DNA from: an uncultured Pseudomonadales bacterium
GTDB lineage: Bacteria; Patescibacteriota; Microgenomatia; UBA1400; UBA12108
DNA: 41,370 nt
Direction: 5' to 3'
Assembly: GCA_964610445.1 (NCBI GenBank)
Contig: CAZSVV010000001.1
Coordinates: 19,246-60,615, forward strand
Within the stretch, counting starts at the first letter, position 1. Every line of letters starts with the position of its first letter. Made by a program: the position numbers and the translations under genes. Below, one piece after another: positions 33,470 through 41,370 of this stretch. A model generated the notes under the pieces. The model had not been told where the DNA came from. It saw only the letters and a list, made by a program, of their open reading frames with translations, and searched no databases.

Positions 33470-34051
33470 TCAGGCAACTAATTCTTCTTCATCACCTATG
33501 ATCATGATCCGTGAGCTCTCGAGGATCCGGGCAATAAATGGATCGTTGTGAGTTTTGCGATAGCTTAGTTCATCCTCGGTCATTACGGTGTAGTTGATCT
33601 CTCTTGATAACTTGGCCTCTGACTCTCTGATTAGCTCGGCCAGCTGAGGGAGGATAACGTCACCGACGATTAATAGGTCGACTGTATCTTTGGCTCTAGG
33701 CATGTGCCTCATAAAGCGGCCCGAGATCATCGCGTATTTGATATGGCCTAGTTTTGGCGCTGCCTTACTGATTGCTGCCCCGAGCCCGCTACATTTGCCC
33801 ACCATACTTACTAGTTCTTTGTGAAAGAGATAATTTTTGTTAAAGATGTAGTAAATCCTGTTGCCCCTCTTCTCTTCTTTGAGCATCCCGTGACTGGTCA
33901 GGTGGATGAGCTCACGTCTAACGGCGTTAATCTCTTCGTCAACCCGACGAGTCAGCTCTCTGATATAGAACATCTCGGCAGGGTTACTCAAAAACTCAGT
34001 GATTAGCTTTACTCTAACTTTTGAAACAACAAAATCTTGCATTGATGACAT
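33470..34051 (-). CDS. Winged-helix transcriptional regulator with a C-terminal nucleotidyltransferase-like domain
   Basis: N-terminal wHTH (FYIRELTRRVDEEINAVRRELIHLTSHGMLKEEKRGNRIYY). C-terminal DLLIVGD-containing domain. Start set at ATG 34051 with a GGGAG Shine-Dalgarno. Confidence 0.55.
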   Translation of the reverse strand: MSSMQDFVVSKVRVKLITEFLSNPAEMFYIRELTRRVDEEINAVRRELIHLTSHGMLKEEKRGNRIYYIFNKNYLFHKELVSMVGKCSGLGAAISKAAPKLGHIKYAMISGRFMRHMPRAKDTVDLLIVGDVILPQLAELIRESEAKLSREINYTVMTEDELSYRKTHNDPFIARILESSRIMIIGDEEELVA

Positions 34052-34154
34052 AAACAACTCCCATACATTTAGTTGATATAGATATAGTGTAGCTTAAAAT
34101 TACTCGAACACAAATCTACATCAAAGACGTAAAACTAGATGTAACTAGCTCTTA

Positions 34155-35381
34155 CTAGTATGTCACTGTGTTGTCGATTGGCAGGATCTCGATCCAGAGG
34201 GTGCCTCTGTTAAAGGAGACTGGTTTGCCTTTGCCATCCTTAAAGACAGTTCGGCTCTCGCGATCTTTTTTGCTCCAGGTAATCTCGGTTGCGGTCCCAT
34301 CTTGGAAGAGGATACCTTCACCACTGCCGATTACTTCGTAGAGCATGTGTTTGTGATCATCAAGTGGTCCTAGCTCCTTGGTGAACTGCACGAGGACTGC
34401 CTTGGCACTAAACTGTTTGTCATCATTCCTATCTTTGTGTGCTGCGTCCCCATTGGTGCGGACATACATATTGGTTGACTTGTTATAGTCCCAGGTCACA
34501 TCAAAGTCGTGGTAGCTCTCCCAGAAACCGAAAGTGATTTTGGCGACGTCGCCACGAGCGCTCTCTGCTGCATCATCTTTCCAGGTCCATTTGGTAAAGC
34601 CATCTTTCCAGTCTAGCTTGGCGTTCTTGGGCATTAGATCCTTTGGTGCCATATTGGTCCAGCCACGAGTGCCGGCAGCATATTTCCAGAGTTTGTCGGT
34701 ACTACTGTACATAGTATGCTCAGTAGCGACTGTCCTACCCATCCGCTCGTAGTCGCGCCAGAAAGTGGGGAAGCCGATACTAAACTGATTGAGATCATTG
34801 CCAGTCCTACCTACCCATCCGTACGAGCTTAGTTGCTCAAGAGCTTGGACACTCTTGTGAGATGTGCAGGTCTTGCCGCCATCGGCACTACTACAGTTGG
34901 CACCTCCTACGTGAGCATAGAGTGGGTAGTTATATTCGGAGGCTAGATTAACAAAGGTAGTGCGAGCTGAGCGCACAGGACCGACGATGGTGTCAGCTTT
35001 GGCTACGCCACACAAGTAAACTGCACCAAAGCGAGTGATACCACCCTCGGCTACTGCTTCGTAGACGATGTCAGCACTGCCGAGACCTGACTGAGGTCTA
35101 GCATCGACTGAGTTCTCGATCATTACGTAGAGTGGTCTCCTAGACTCCCAGATCTTTTGTTCTGCTGTTGTGTACATGGCACCGTTAAGGGGACACTCGG
35201 CAGTACGAGGAGCTGAGGGGTCGATGTTTAGACCACCACCTGCAGTTGGAGTAGTGATAGGTGTGATTGGACCAGCAGAGTCTGGAGTGTAGAGATAGAG
35301 GGTCATGCCATAACTAACACCAGTCGACATACCAAAGGCAACAAGCGCGATTAGTAATGATTTGAGTATTGGGTTGTTCAT
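34155..35381 (-). CDS. DUF3048 (YerB-like) secreted protein or lipoprotein
   Basis: 408 aa with an N-terminal signal. ENSVDARPQSGLGSADIVYEAVAEGGITRFGAVY is the hallmark DUF3048 N-domain motif. Confidence 0.8.
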   Translation of the reverse strand: MNNPILKSLLIALVAFGMSTGVSYGMTLYLYTPDSAGPITPITTPTAGGGLNIDPSAPRTAECPLNGAMYTTAEQKIWESRRPLYVMIENSVDARPQSGLGSADIVYEAVAEGGITRFGAVYLCGVAKADTIVGPVRSARTTFVNLASEYNYPLYAHVGGANCSSADGGKTCTSHKSVQALEQLSSYGWVGRTGNDLNQFSIGFPTFWRDYERMGRTVATEHTMYSSTDKLWKYAAGTRGWTNMAPKDLMPKNAKLDWKDGFTKWTWKDDAAESARGDVAKITFGFWESYHDFDVTWDYNKSTNMYVRTNGDAAHKDRNDDKQFSAKAVLVQFTKELGPLDDHKHMLYEVIGSGEGILFQDGTATEITWSKKDRESRTVFKDGKGKPVSFNRGTLWIEILPIDNTVTY

Positions 35382-35395
35382 AAATTATTTTTTCC

Positions 35396-35857
35396 TTAAC
35401 GCTTGATAATCTTTTGCTCATCTGTCGAGAGAGGGTGGTCTAATCCTACTCCCCCTTTGACTGATTTTACATAGAAACGAGTATTTTCTCTACTATGCAG
35501 TGATGTTATGACTATACCATCTTTGTTGCCATCGAGTATGGCGAGGAGAAAACTCTGGTCTCCGCCTGTATCTCCAAAAGGGTTGAAACGCTTAAGCGTC
35601 AGAGTCTGCAGGTGGGTTTTGATCTTAGACTCTAGGGAGGCTAGTTCTTTTTTGGTGATAGCGTTGCCCCTCTCGTGTTCACTCAAGGTTTTTTGGATAC
35701 CCTCGAGAGCTTTGATGAGGTTTTTTGGCTCGACACCGTGAGTCAGATTGGTATAGTGCCGAGTCATTCGGCGCAGTGAAAAAAAGATAACAAATGTAAA
35801 CACCAGGTTAAAACCCAGAATTGCGAGTATAACCATTAATTCGGGAGACAGAGTCAT
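35396..35857 (-). CDS. DUF4446-family membrane-anchored protein
   Basis: 153 aa. N-terminal TM and a coiled region. RFNPFGDTGGDQSFLLAILD..DGIVITSLHSRE matches the DUF4446 core. Confidence 0.65.
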   Translation of the reverse strand: MTLSPELMVILAILGFNLVFTFVIFFSLRRMTRHYTNLTHGVEPKNLIKALEGIQKTLSEHERGNAITKKELASLESKIKTHLQTLTLKRFNPFGDTGGDQSFLLAILDGNKDGIVITSLHSRENTRFYVKSVKGGVGLDHPLSTDEQKIIKR

Positions 35858-35880
35858 AAAATGTATGATAGCATGAAGCT

Positions 35881-36477
35881 ATGGCGTTAGTTAGTTATGA
35901 CCCTCACACGAGCGAAAATGTGGTTGACTCTAGTTCTAAATGGAGTGCCATTATCAAAGTGGCATCACTATTTGGATTTGCAGTTATTATCGGAGGGTTT
36001 TTGCTCATCCGCAAATTGGGTGGAGGAGGAGTGAACCAGGTCTCTGTTTCTAACAACTTTGGGGTGATCGAGTTTAAGGTCCCTTACAAAAACACTCTTT
36101 ACGAAAATTTTGGATTTGTTCAAGAACCCAAGATTACGATGCCACTTAAGACTACGGCTGGATATGTGGATACCACCTTCCTACTAGACTCAGGTGCAGT
36201 CGTCTCTACCCTGCCACTACAAGCGGCGCACGATACAGGAGTAGACCTCGCTAGAGCTAAGCGCATTACACTACAGGGATTCTCGGGAGTTCCAGCATTT
36301 GCATATATGGACCGGATAATAGTACAGATCGGGGGAGTAGATTTTGAGTTCCCCGCCACCTTTACCGAGTCCAATGCGACTACTTACATATTAGGTAGAA
36401 AAGGGCTGTTTGATGACTTTACTATCAACTTTGATCACGAAAACCGTGTTATTACTATTAAAGGAAAGTCTAGTTAA
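35881..36477 (+). CDS. Membrane-anchored retropepsin-like (clan AA) aspartic protease
   Basis: FLLDSGAVVSTLP (D-S/T-G-A active site) and ILGRKGLFDDF (flap/dimer motif). N-terminal TM helix. Confidence 0.75.
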   Translation: MALVSYDPHTSENVVDSSSKWSAIIKVASLFGFAVIIGGFLLIRKLGGGGVNQVSVSNNFGVIEFKVPYKNTLYENFGFVQEPKITMPLKTTAGYVDTTFLLDSGAVVSTLPLQAAHDTGVDLARAKRITLQGFSGVPAFAYMDRIIVQIGGVDFEFPATFTESNATTYILGRKGLFDDFTINFDHENRVITIKGKSS

Positions 36478-36510
36478 CGATACTAAGTGAGCTATAATGA
36501 GAGGAACTCT

Positions 36511-37326
36511 ATGACAGAAAACATCTATGACCGCATCAATCGAACGCTCTCCTGGAAGAGAGTCCTCACCTTTAACGTGGGATTATTTTTGGTGCTAATT
36601 ATCCCTTTGTCTGTTAACCTAGCGCAAGAAGATACCGAAAATAGATCTGGGGCAGCAGGCGAGATCGAAGTACCCGTGGTCACTCCACCCCCATCATACC
36701 CAGTTGAATCTCCAAGGCTCGACCGAGTGAGTATGTTTTTTGGCAAAAAGGGTGACACCGTAGTTTTGATCGGCAATAACTTTGGCGACTACCAATGGGG
36801 TAGCTCAGTATATGTAGGTAACGTCCAAGCAGAGACTGAATCTATCGTCAGATGGAGCAATAGCATTATCGAAGTTAAGATCCCAGAGAGTGCGCGAAGC
36901 GGGAAAGTCTGGGTAGCGGTAAATGGAAAAGAGGCTGCATGGGATGGGAACTTGCTAATTTATGATGATGTTTCGAGCACCAAAGTAGGACTAGTAAGAG
37001 TCAGTGCTAACGAAGCGCAGTTTAGTGTAACTGGCTCATCCTCATACTCTAGTGGGATGGTAGAGCTTGGCTATGTATCTGAACCCCTAGTAGTTACTGC
37101 TCTTGGTAGCACTACAATAGATAGTCAGACACCTGGAGCTGATGCACTAGGCAAAAAGATGCAGATCCGATTTAGTAATAATGGCAACTCTTCGCAACAG
37201 CCAATCTTTAGTATCTCTCACACGGGAATTGGGGCAATTGATCTAGTGAGAGTAGAACTCTATAGCGACAATGGTAGTCCCCTACCCATCTACGCCGATC
37301 CACTGTCAATGAAGGTGTTACCCTAA
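36511..37326 (+). CDS. Secreted or anchored protein with an IPT/TIG-like Ig-fold domain
   Basis: TM anchor, then GKKGDTVVLIGNNFG...VYVGNVQAE..IVRWSNSIIEVKIPESARSGKVWV, typical of IPT/TIG. Start chosen at ATG 36511 (GAGAGG 6 nt upstream); the track start at 36487 is GTG. Confidence 0.6.
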   Translation: MTENIYDRINRTLSWKRVLTFNVGLFLVLIIPLSVNLAQEDTENRSGAAGEIEVPVVTPPPSYPVESPRLDRVSMFFGKKGDTVVLIGNNFGDYQWGSSVYVGNVQAETESIVRWSNSIIEVKIPESARSGKVWVAVNGKEAAWDGNLLIYDDVSSTKVGLVRVSANEAQFSVTGSSSYSSGMVELGYVSEPLVVTALGSTTIDSQTPGADALGKKMQIRFSNNGNSSQQPIFSISHTGIGAIDLVRVELYSDNGSPLPIYADPLSMKVLP

Positions 37327-38102
37327 AGTAGGTAATAAAGTATCACAACTGCCACCAATCTGTAGTAGCCGAAAATCGCGAGTGAGTGAGAACTTAGATA
37401 GTTAATTAGCCATTTCATGACCCAAAGAGCAGATAAGAATGCACTCGCTGTACCGAGCAGTAAATATAGTACTTGATCAGGTGTAATCACTTTGAGCAGT
37501 TCCATGTTTTGATAGAGATCTAAGCCAGTAGCTGCCAGAATGGTTGGGAGCGAGAGCATAAAGGCGTACTCAGCTGCACTAGTGCGAGAGTAGCCTAAGA
37601 TCAGCATTCCAAAGAGGATCGAGCCGGAACGTGAGACACCGGGGATTACAGAGAACACCTGAAAAAGCCCTATCAAAACAGCATTTCTGACGCTAATTTC
37701 TGTGAGAGTTTTTTTAAGAATAATCTTATGCTTTGACAGATACCACTCTAGTCCTAAAAATAGTAGTCCGACGAGACCAAAAACACTCAACTGTAGAATG
37801 GTATTTTCAAAAAAGTAGCCTTTGATTATTTTGTAGAGGATCATTCCGATAACCGCTGTTGGGATGAATGAATATACTAGTTTGGTCTGGAGCGCGCGGC
37901 TCTTAATTAGCATATTTTTGTATAGCCACAATATCGAGAGAATTGCTCCTGACTGAATGACTACTTCAAAGAGCTTGAGGAAATCGGACTGAGGCAAACC
38001 TAGTAAACGTGAAGCGGCAATTAAGTGGAAAGTTGAGGAGACAGGAATAAACTCGGTTAAACCTTCTACTAGCCCCAAGATAATACTATAGAGCGCTGTC
38101 AT
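37323..38102 (-). CDS. uppP: Undecaprenyl-diphosphate phosphatase
   Basis: EGLTEFIPVSSTFHL and PGVSRSG motifs. 8 TM, 259 aa. Confidence 0.9.
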   Translation of the reverse strand: MTALYSIILGLVEGLTEFIPVSSTFHLIAASRLLGLPQSDFLKLFEVVIQSGAILSILWLYKNMLIKSRALQTKLVYSFIPTAVIGMILYKIIKGYFFENTILQLSVFGLVGLLFLGLEWYLSKHKIILKKTLTEISVRNAVLIGLFQVFSVIPGVSRSGSILFGMLILGYSRTSAAEYAFMLSLPTILAATGLDLYQNMELLKVITPDQVLYLLLGTASAFLSALWVMKWLINYLSSHSLAIFGYYRLVAVVILYYLL

Positions 38103-38110
38103 AGAAACGA

Positions 38111-38803
38111 TTAGTCTCTAAGTTCTTTTTGAACCTGCTTATACCACTCACCGAGAATTTTGCTAACCAGATCCTTGGCACCGAGGCCGATTGCGAGTCC
38201 GAACCCGAGCGAGAGCATAGAGACAAAGCCAATAAACAAAATGTTGATAAAGCTCGCAGCGATATTTAGCTCAGAGAGCGCAGCGAGGATCGCGATAGTC
38301 ACGACAGTGTAGCTACTAACTTTGCCCATCAAGCGAGCAGTCTTGAGATCGATCGATGACAATGATCCTTTGACTAGTCCTTCGACGAGTCCCGCTAAGA
38401 GTACGCCGAGTGCTAGGACAAGGACGGCTGAGACGACACTAGGCACGTAGCTGAGGACTCCAGTTAAGACAACTGCTACTGAGCTTAGGCCTGCAATACT
38501 CGTGGCACTGATAAAGAAAGTGATCACGATGATCCATTTAAATGCGGCTGCAATTAGATCTTCTAGTTTATGTGTGATCTCGGCTTTTTTGAGAAAAAGC
38601 TGGAACTTGCTATCACTTACCAGTTGGTCAAACTTTACGAGACGAAGAGCTTTGGTTATAAGTTTGGAGACATAGTTACCAATCATGACCCCTAAGATAG
38701 CGATCAGGATCGCAAAAACTACTCGCGGGATGTATGCGACTAATGAACCCATTGTTTGATCCCAGGCGATATTGAGACTGCGTGTCCAGAGATTAAAGTC
38801 CAT
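38111..38803 (-). CDS. Membrane protein with repeated conserved TM helices, function unknown
   Basis: About 230 aa, 4-5 TM. Start moved to ATG 38803, which has a GGGAGG Shine-Dalgarno and avoids overlap with the upstream gene. Confidence 0.5.
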   Translation of the reverse strand: MDFNLWTRSLNIAWDQTMGSLVAYIPRVVFAILIAILGVMIGNYVSKLITKALRLVKFDQLVSDSKFQLFLKKAEITHKLEDLIAAAFKWIIVITFFISATSIAGLSSVAVVLTGVLSYVPSVVSAVLVLALGVLLAGLVEGLVKGSLSSIDLKTARLMGKVSSYTVVTIAILAALSELNIAASFINILFIGFVSMLSLGFGLAIGLGAKDLVSKILGEWYKQVQKELRD

Positions 38804-38819
38804 ATAATACCTCCCTTGA

Positions 38820-39797
38820 TTATTTGATTGATAACTCAGCAATAACTGTTTTGGAGACCAGATATATTGGCATAGCGAGTATTGCCCCGACTATCCCACC
38901 CAAGGTATAACCTGAGAGTAGAACTAGGATAGTGATGAGTGGAGCTGTGCCTGTAGCTGACTGCATGACTCTAGGAACAATAAGATTATTCTCGAGCTGC
39001 TGGATCAGGATATTTAGAGCAAGTGCTCCCATACCGACGACTGGGGAGATAGAGAATCCGATAATAATAGGTGGGATTGCCGAGATTATTGGACCTAGGT
39101 TGGGGATCGCCTCGAGTAATGCGGCAAGCGTTGCGAGTGGGAGTGCATAAGGGATCCCAAGTGCTAGTAAGCCGATGTATGTCATAACTCCGATCACTAC
39201 CATGAGGGTTAGCTGTCCTCTGACCCAGCCTCCTACCTGACCTTCGATAGCGTGAACGAGCCGTTCTGCACGCTGTTCGGCGTCTTTGTTGTCAAATAGG
39301 CGCAAGAGATATTTGTGGAGGTGAGGTCTCTCGATAATCAGATAGTAGGTCATAAAGAAGACCACAAGGACGTTTAGTAAATTGCCCAGCGTACCGGTAG
39401 CGATCCTTAGGATGTTACTGGGTAGCGAGCTAAAATATCCACCGGTTAAGCTCGTATTAAAGTCGGTGTTGAAGACCTTCTCTAGATTGTTGAGATAGGT
39501 AGGTAGTGACTGGGTGAGACCACTAGTCTGCGACACAACCGCTGGGATTAGAGATGCGACTAGAGTCGAGAAGAGTGTGACAATTGCGACGTAGACTAAA
39601 AGCACAGTGATGATAACGGGGATACGCAGTTTGTGAGTGTATCTAACGAGTGCGTTGATAGCAGTCATTAAAATAAATGAAACAAAAACAAGCACCAAGA
39701 TACTACGGAGCTGGTATGTCGCGTAGATAGCTAGTAGTGTACCAATAATATAAAAAACACTTTTGGGGGTTATCTCAACATGATAAGTATTGCTCAT
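38820..39797 (-). CDS. AI-2E (PerM/UPF0118) family transporter
   Basis: 325 aa, 8 TM. LEAIPNLGPIIS and QQLENNLIVPRVM are family motifs. Confidence 0.8.
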   Translation of the reverse strand: MSNTYHVEITPKSVFYIIGTLLAIYATYQLRSILVLVFVSFILMTAINALVRYTHKLRIPVIITVLLVYVAIVTLFSTLVASLIPAVVSQTSGLTQSLPTYLNNLEKVFNTDFNTSLTGGYFSSLPSNILRIATGTLGNLLNVLVVFFMTYYLIIERPHLHKYLLRLFDNKDAEQRAERLVHAIEGQVGGWVRGQLTLMVVIGVMTYIGLLALGIPYALPLATLAALLEAIPNLGPIISAIPPIIIGFSISPVVGMGALALNILIQQLENNLIVPRVMQSATGTAPLITILVLLSGYTLGGIVGAILAMPIYLVSKTVIAELSIK

Positions 39798-40647
39798 ATA
39801 TCTCCTCTATAGCCATTCTACCACGATCATACCAGACCACGTTTTGTTTGCGAAAAAAGGTTAACTGTCTCTTGGTGTAGCTGACTTCGGCACTCACCCA
39901 GTCATCTACCAGCTGTTGTTCGGTTAGTGCACCTTTTAGAAATCTAGAAATTTGGTCATAACCTAGAGCACTTAGACTAGGAGTATTTGGATCGACCTGA
40001 TTTAGTAGATTTTGAGTTTCTGTAACTGCACCACTTTTGAGACGAGAGATCACTCGCTCTCTAATTTTTTGCTCCTGAAGATTTTGATCTTTGTAATAAA
40101 GTGCGATCATCGGCTTGAGATCGGGAATTCCTTTTTGACTAACTGAGATATTTGATTGGGCCACCTCGATGGCGCGGATTAATCTCCGTGGATTGTTTTG
40201 ATCAGAGTGATTAAAGCGGTCAAATCTGGCTGGGTCCTGACTCTTTAGCAAATCTTGTAACTCACTCACTCCCAGTCCCTCCAGCTGACTCCTAAGCCCT
40301 GGGTTGATAGGCACCGACATAGTTTCGATACCATGAGTTAGAGCTCTTATATAAAATCCAGTTCCCCCGACTACTATCACCTGAAGACCATCTTCCTTTG
40401 CTTGGTTGATTACTGGGATAACATTCTCGTACCACACGCTAACTGAGCAGGAACTCCCAGGGTCCACCAAATCTATACCATGAATTTTTACATTTTTGGG
40501 ATGATCTTTGCCGGTCACTATATCCATCCCACGATAGACTTGCCTACTATCCGCAGAGATGATCACACTCTTTTGACGACTTGCGATATGGGTAGCTAGT
40601 GCTGTTTTGCCACTTCCTGTAGTTCCGACAATATAAATAGTGTCCAT
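39775..40647 (-). CDS. miaA: tRNA dimethylallyltransferase
   Basis: P-loop VGTTGSGKT, SADSRQVYRGMDIVTGK, and the GGTGFY motif. Start placed at ATG 40647 (the track start at 40656 is TTG). Confidence 0.9.
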   Translation of the reverse strand: MDTIYIVGTTGSGKTALATHIASRQKSVIISADSRQVYRGMDIVTGKDHPKNVKIHGIDLVDPGSSCSVSVWYENVIPVINQAKEDGLQVIVVGGTGFYIRALTHGIETMSVPINPGLRSQLEGLGVSELQDLLKSQDPARFDRFNHSDQNNPRRLIRAIEVAQSNISVSQKGIPDLKPMIALYYKDQNLQEQKIRERVISRLKSGAVTETQNLLNQVDPNTPSLSALGYDQISRFLKGALTEQQLVDDWVSAEVSYTKRQLTFFRKQNVVWYDRGRMAIEEIYEQYLSC

Positions 40648-40648
40648 G

Positions 40649-41370
40649 TTACTCAACCGAGATCAAGCCGCGCTTGAGGATGTGGCGATAACTCCGAGCG
40701 AGCATCCAGAGAGCTAAAGCAAGATATATAAGACAAAGGATGCTTGGCATTATAAGGTTTGTTAGTGGGACAGAGACGCCCGCGATCTCGCTGCGCATTG
40801 CCTCAAAAACATAGCTTGCGGGGACATACCGAGACACAGTTTGTGCCCAGCTAGGGAGAGTATCTATAGAATAATAGACGCCAACAAAAGGTGAGACTAA
40901 GTGGATCGCAGTCCAAGCGAGTGTCTGGATCTTGGTGCCGTAGCGCATGATGATGCCTGCGATAAGTAAGCCAAAAACCCACCCAAAGATCATAAGGAGT
41001 CCTGCCCAAGGGAGCAATTTGATACCTATGGTATAGATATTGGTTTGATAGAGGAGAATTGCAACGAGACTAGCAAAACCAAAAGACACAGCTGCTTTGA
41101 TAATGCCGATCAGCATGAGTGTTACTACCCATTCCATAAACTTGACTGGAGTAGCAAAAAGATTGACCAAATTACGGTTCCAGAGATCTTCGAGCAGGCT
41201 AACCGTGATCTCATACTGTCCACGCCACGGAAATATCCAGAGCATGATGCCACCTAAGAGAGCTAGGATCACTGTATTATTTAATGCCCCAGTTTTGACC
41301 AAGTATTGACTAGTTAGTCCCCACATTAGTAGGTCGACAACTGGCCAAAAGAACATATCGGTCAGGCGAT
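40649..41370 (-). CDS. ABC-2 type transporter permease (5' end probably outside the window)
   Basis: 6 TM ABC-2 pattern. The reading frame stays open from 41356 to the window edge (..RLTDMFFWP..), so the true start is likely beyond 41370. Confidence 0.7.
   Translation of the reverse strand, partial: RLTDMFFWPVVDLLMWGLTSQYLVKTGALNNTVILALLGGIMLWIFPWRGQYEITVSLLEDLWNRNLVNLFATPVKFMEWVVTLMLIGIIKAAVSFGFASLVAILLYQTNIYTIGIKLLPWAGLLMIFGWVFGLLIAGIIMRYGTKIQTLAWTAIHLVSPFVGVYYSIDTLPSWAQTVSRYVPASYVFEAMRSEIAGVSVPLTNLIMPSILCLIYLALALWMLARSYRHILKRGLISVE

Noticed and set aside
1-41370. Looked for CRISPR arrays, rRNA genes, IS elements or transposases, integrases, and signs of an alternative genetic code.
   Set aside because: - No spaced direct-repeat arrays were found.
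- No rRNA-like conserved blocks were found.
- No DDE, serine-recombinase or tyrosine-recombinase motifs appear in any ORF.
- Long uninterrupted ORFs under the standard code argue against stop-codon reassignment.

Overview
Compact window that is almost entirely coding. I call about 52 CDS, many with overlapping or abutting ends. I saw no rRNA, CRISPR array, transposase or integrase. The gene content is housekeeping from a small-genome, Gram-positive-like bacterium. A Patescibacteria/CPR (Saccharibacteria-like) origin is possible, but that is inference only.

Recognisable genes:
- Copper-resistance operon: arsR-YHS regulator, copA, a membrane/cupredoxin fusion, a copZ-like gene and a small membrane protein.
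- tRNA and translation: proS, gltX, aspS, a free-standing YbaK-like deacylase, cca, miaA.
- Envelope and secretion: secD, secF, uppP, mscL, a DD-carboxypeptidase.
- Others: recJ, rpiB.
- RNA genes: tRNA-Gln(CUG) and a short RNase P RNA.

Most interesting signals:
1. Two T-box riboswitch leaders, upstream of proS (+ strand) and aspS (- strand). Both have textbook antiterminator/terminator switches. Their tRNA-end-binding bulges (UGGU vs UGGC) match the expected discriminator bases. Stem I appears ultrashort, with the cognate codon (CCC for Pro, GAC for Asp) sitting in a terminal 7-nt loop.
2. A seven-gene minus-strand cluster (4885-9779): three S51 (peptidase E/cyanophycinase-type) paralogues, one fused to a CysRS C-terminal-like module, plus an MFS transporter, an unknown ORF, a NUDIX hydrolase and an ANT(2'')-type nucleotidyltransferase. 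A fourth S51 gene lies at 17-631.
3. A 14-nt duplication of the tRNA-Gln 3' end next to a hairpin-rich leader and an AT-rich two-gene cassette.
4. A ProRS whose INS editing domain is replaced by a Cys4 ribbon.
5. Repeated leaderless-type promoter geometry, with a TATAAT-like box 6-8 nt upstream of the ATG.

All family assignments come from reading motifs by eye. No database search was run.
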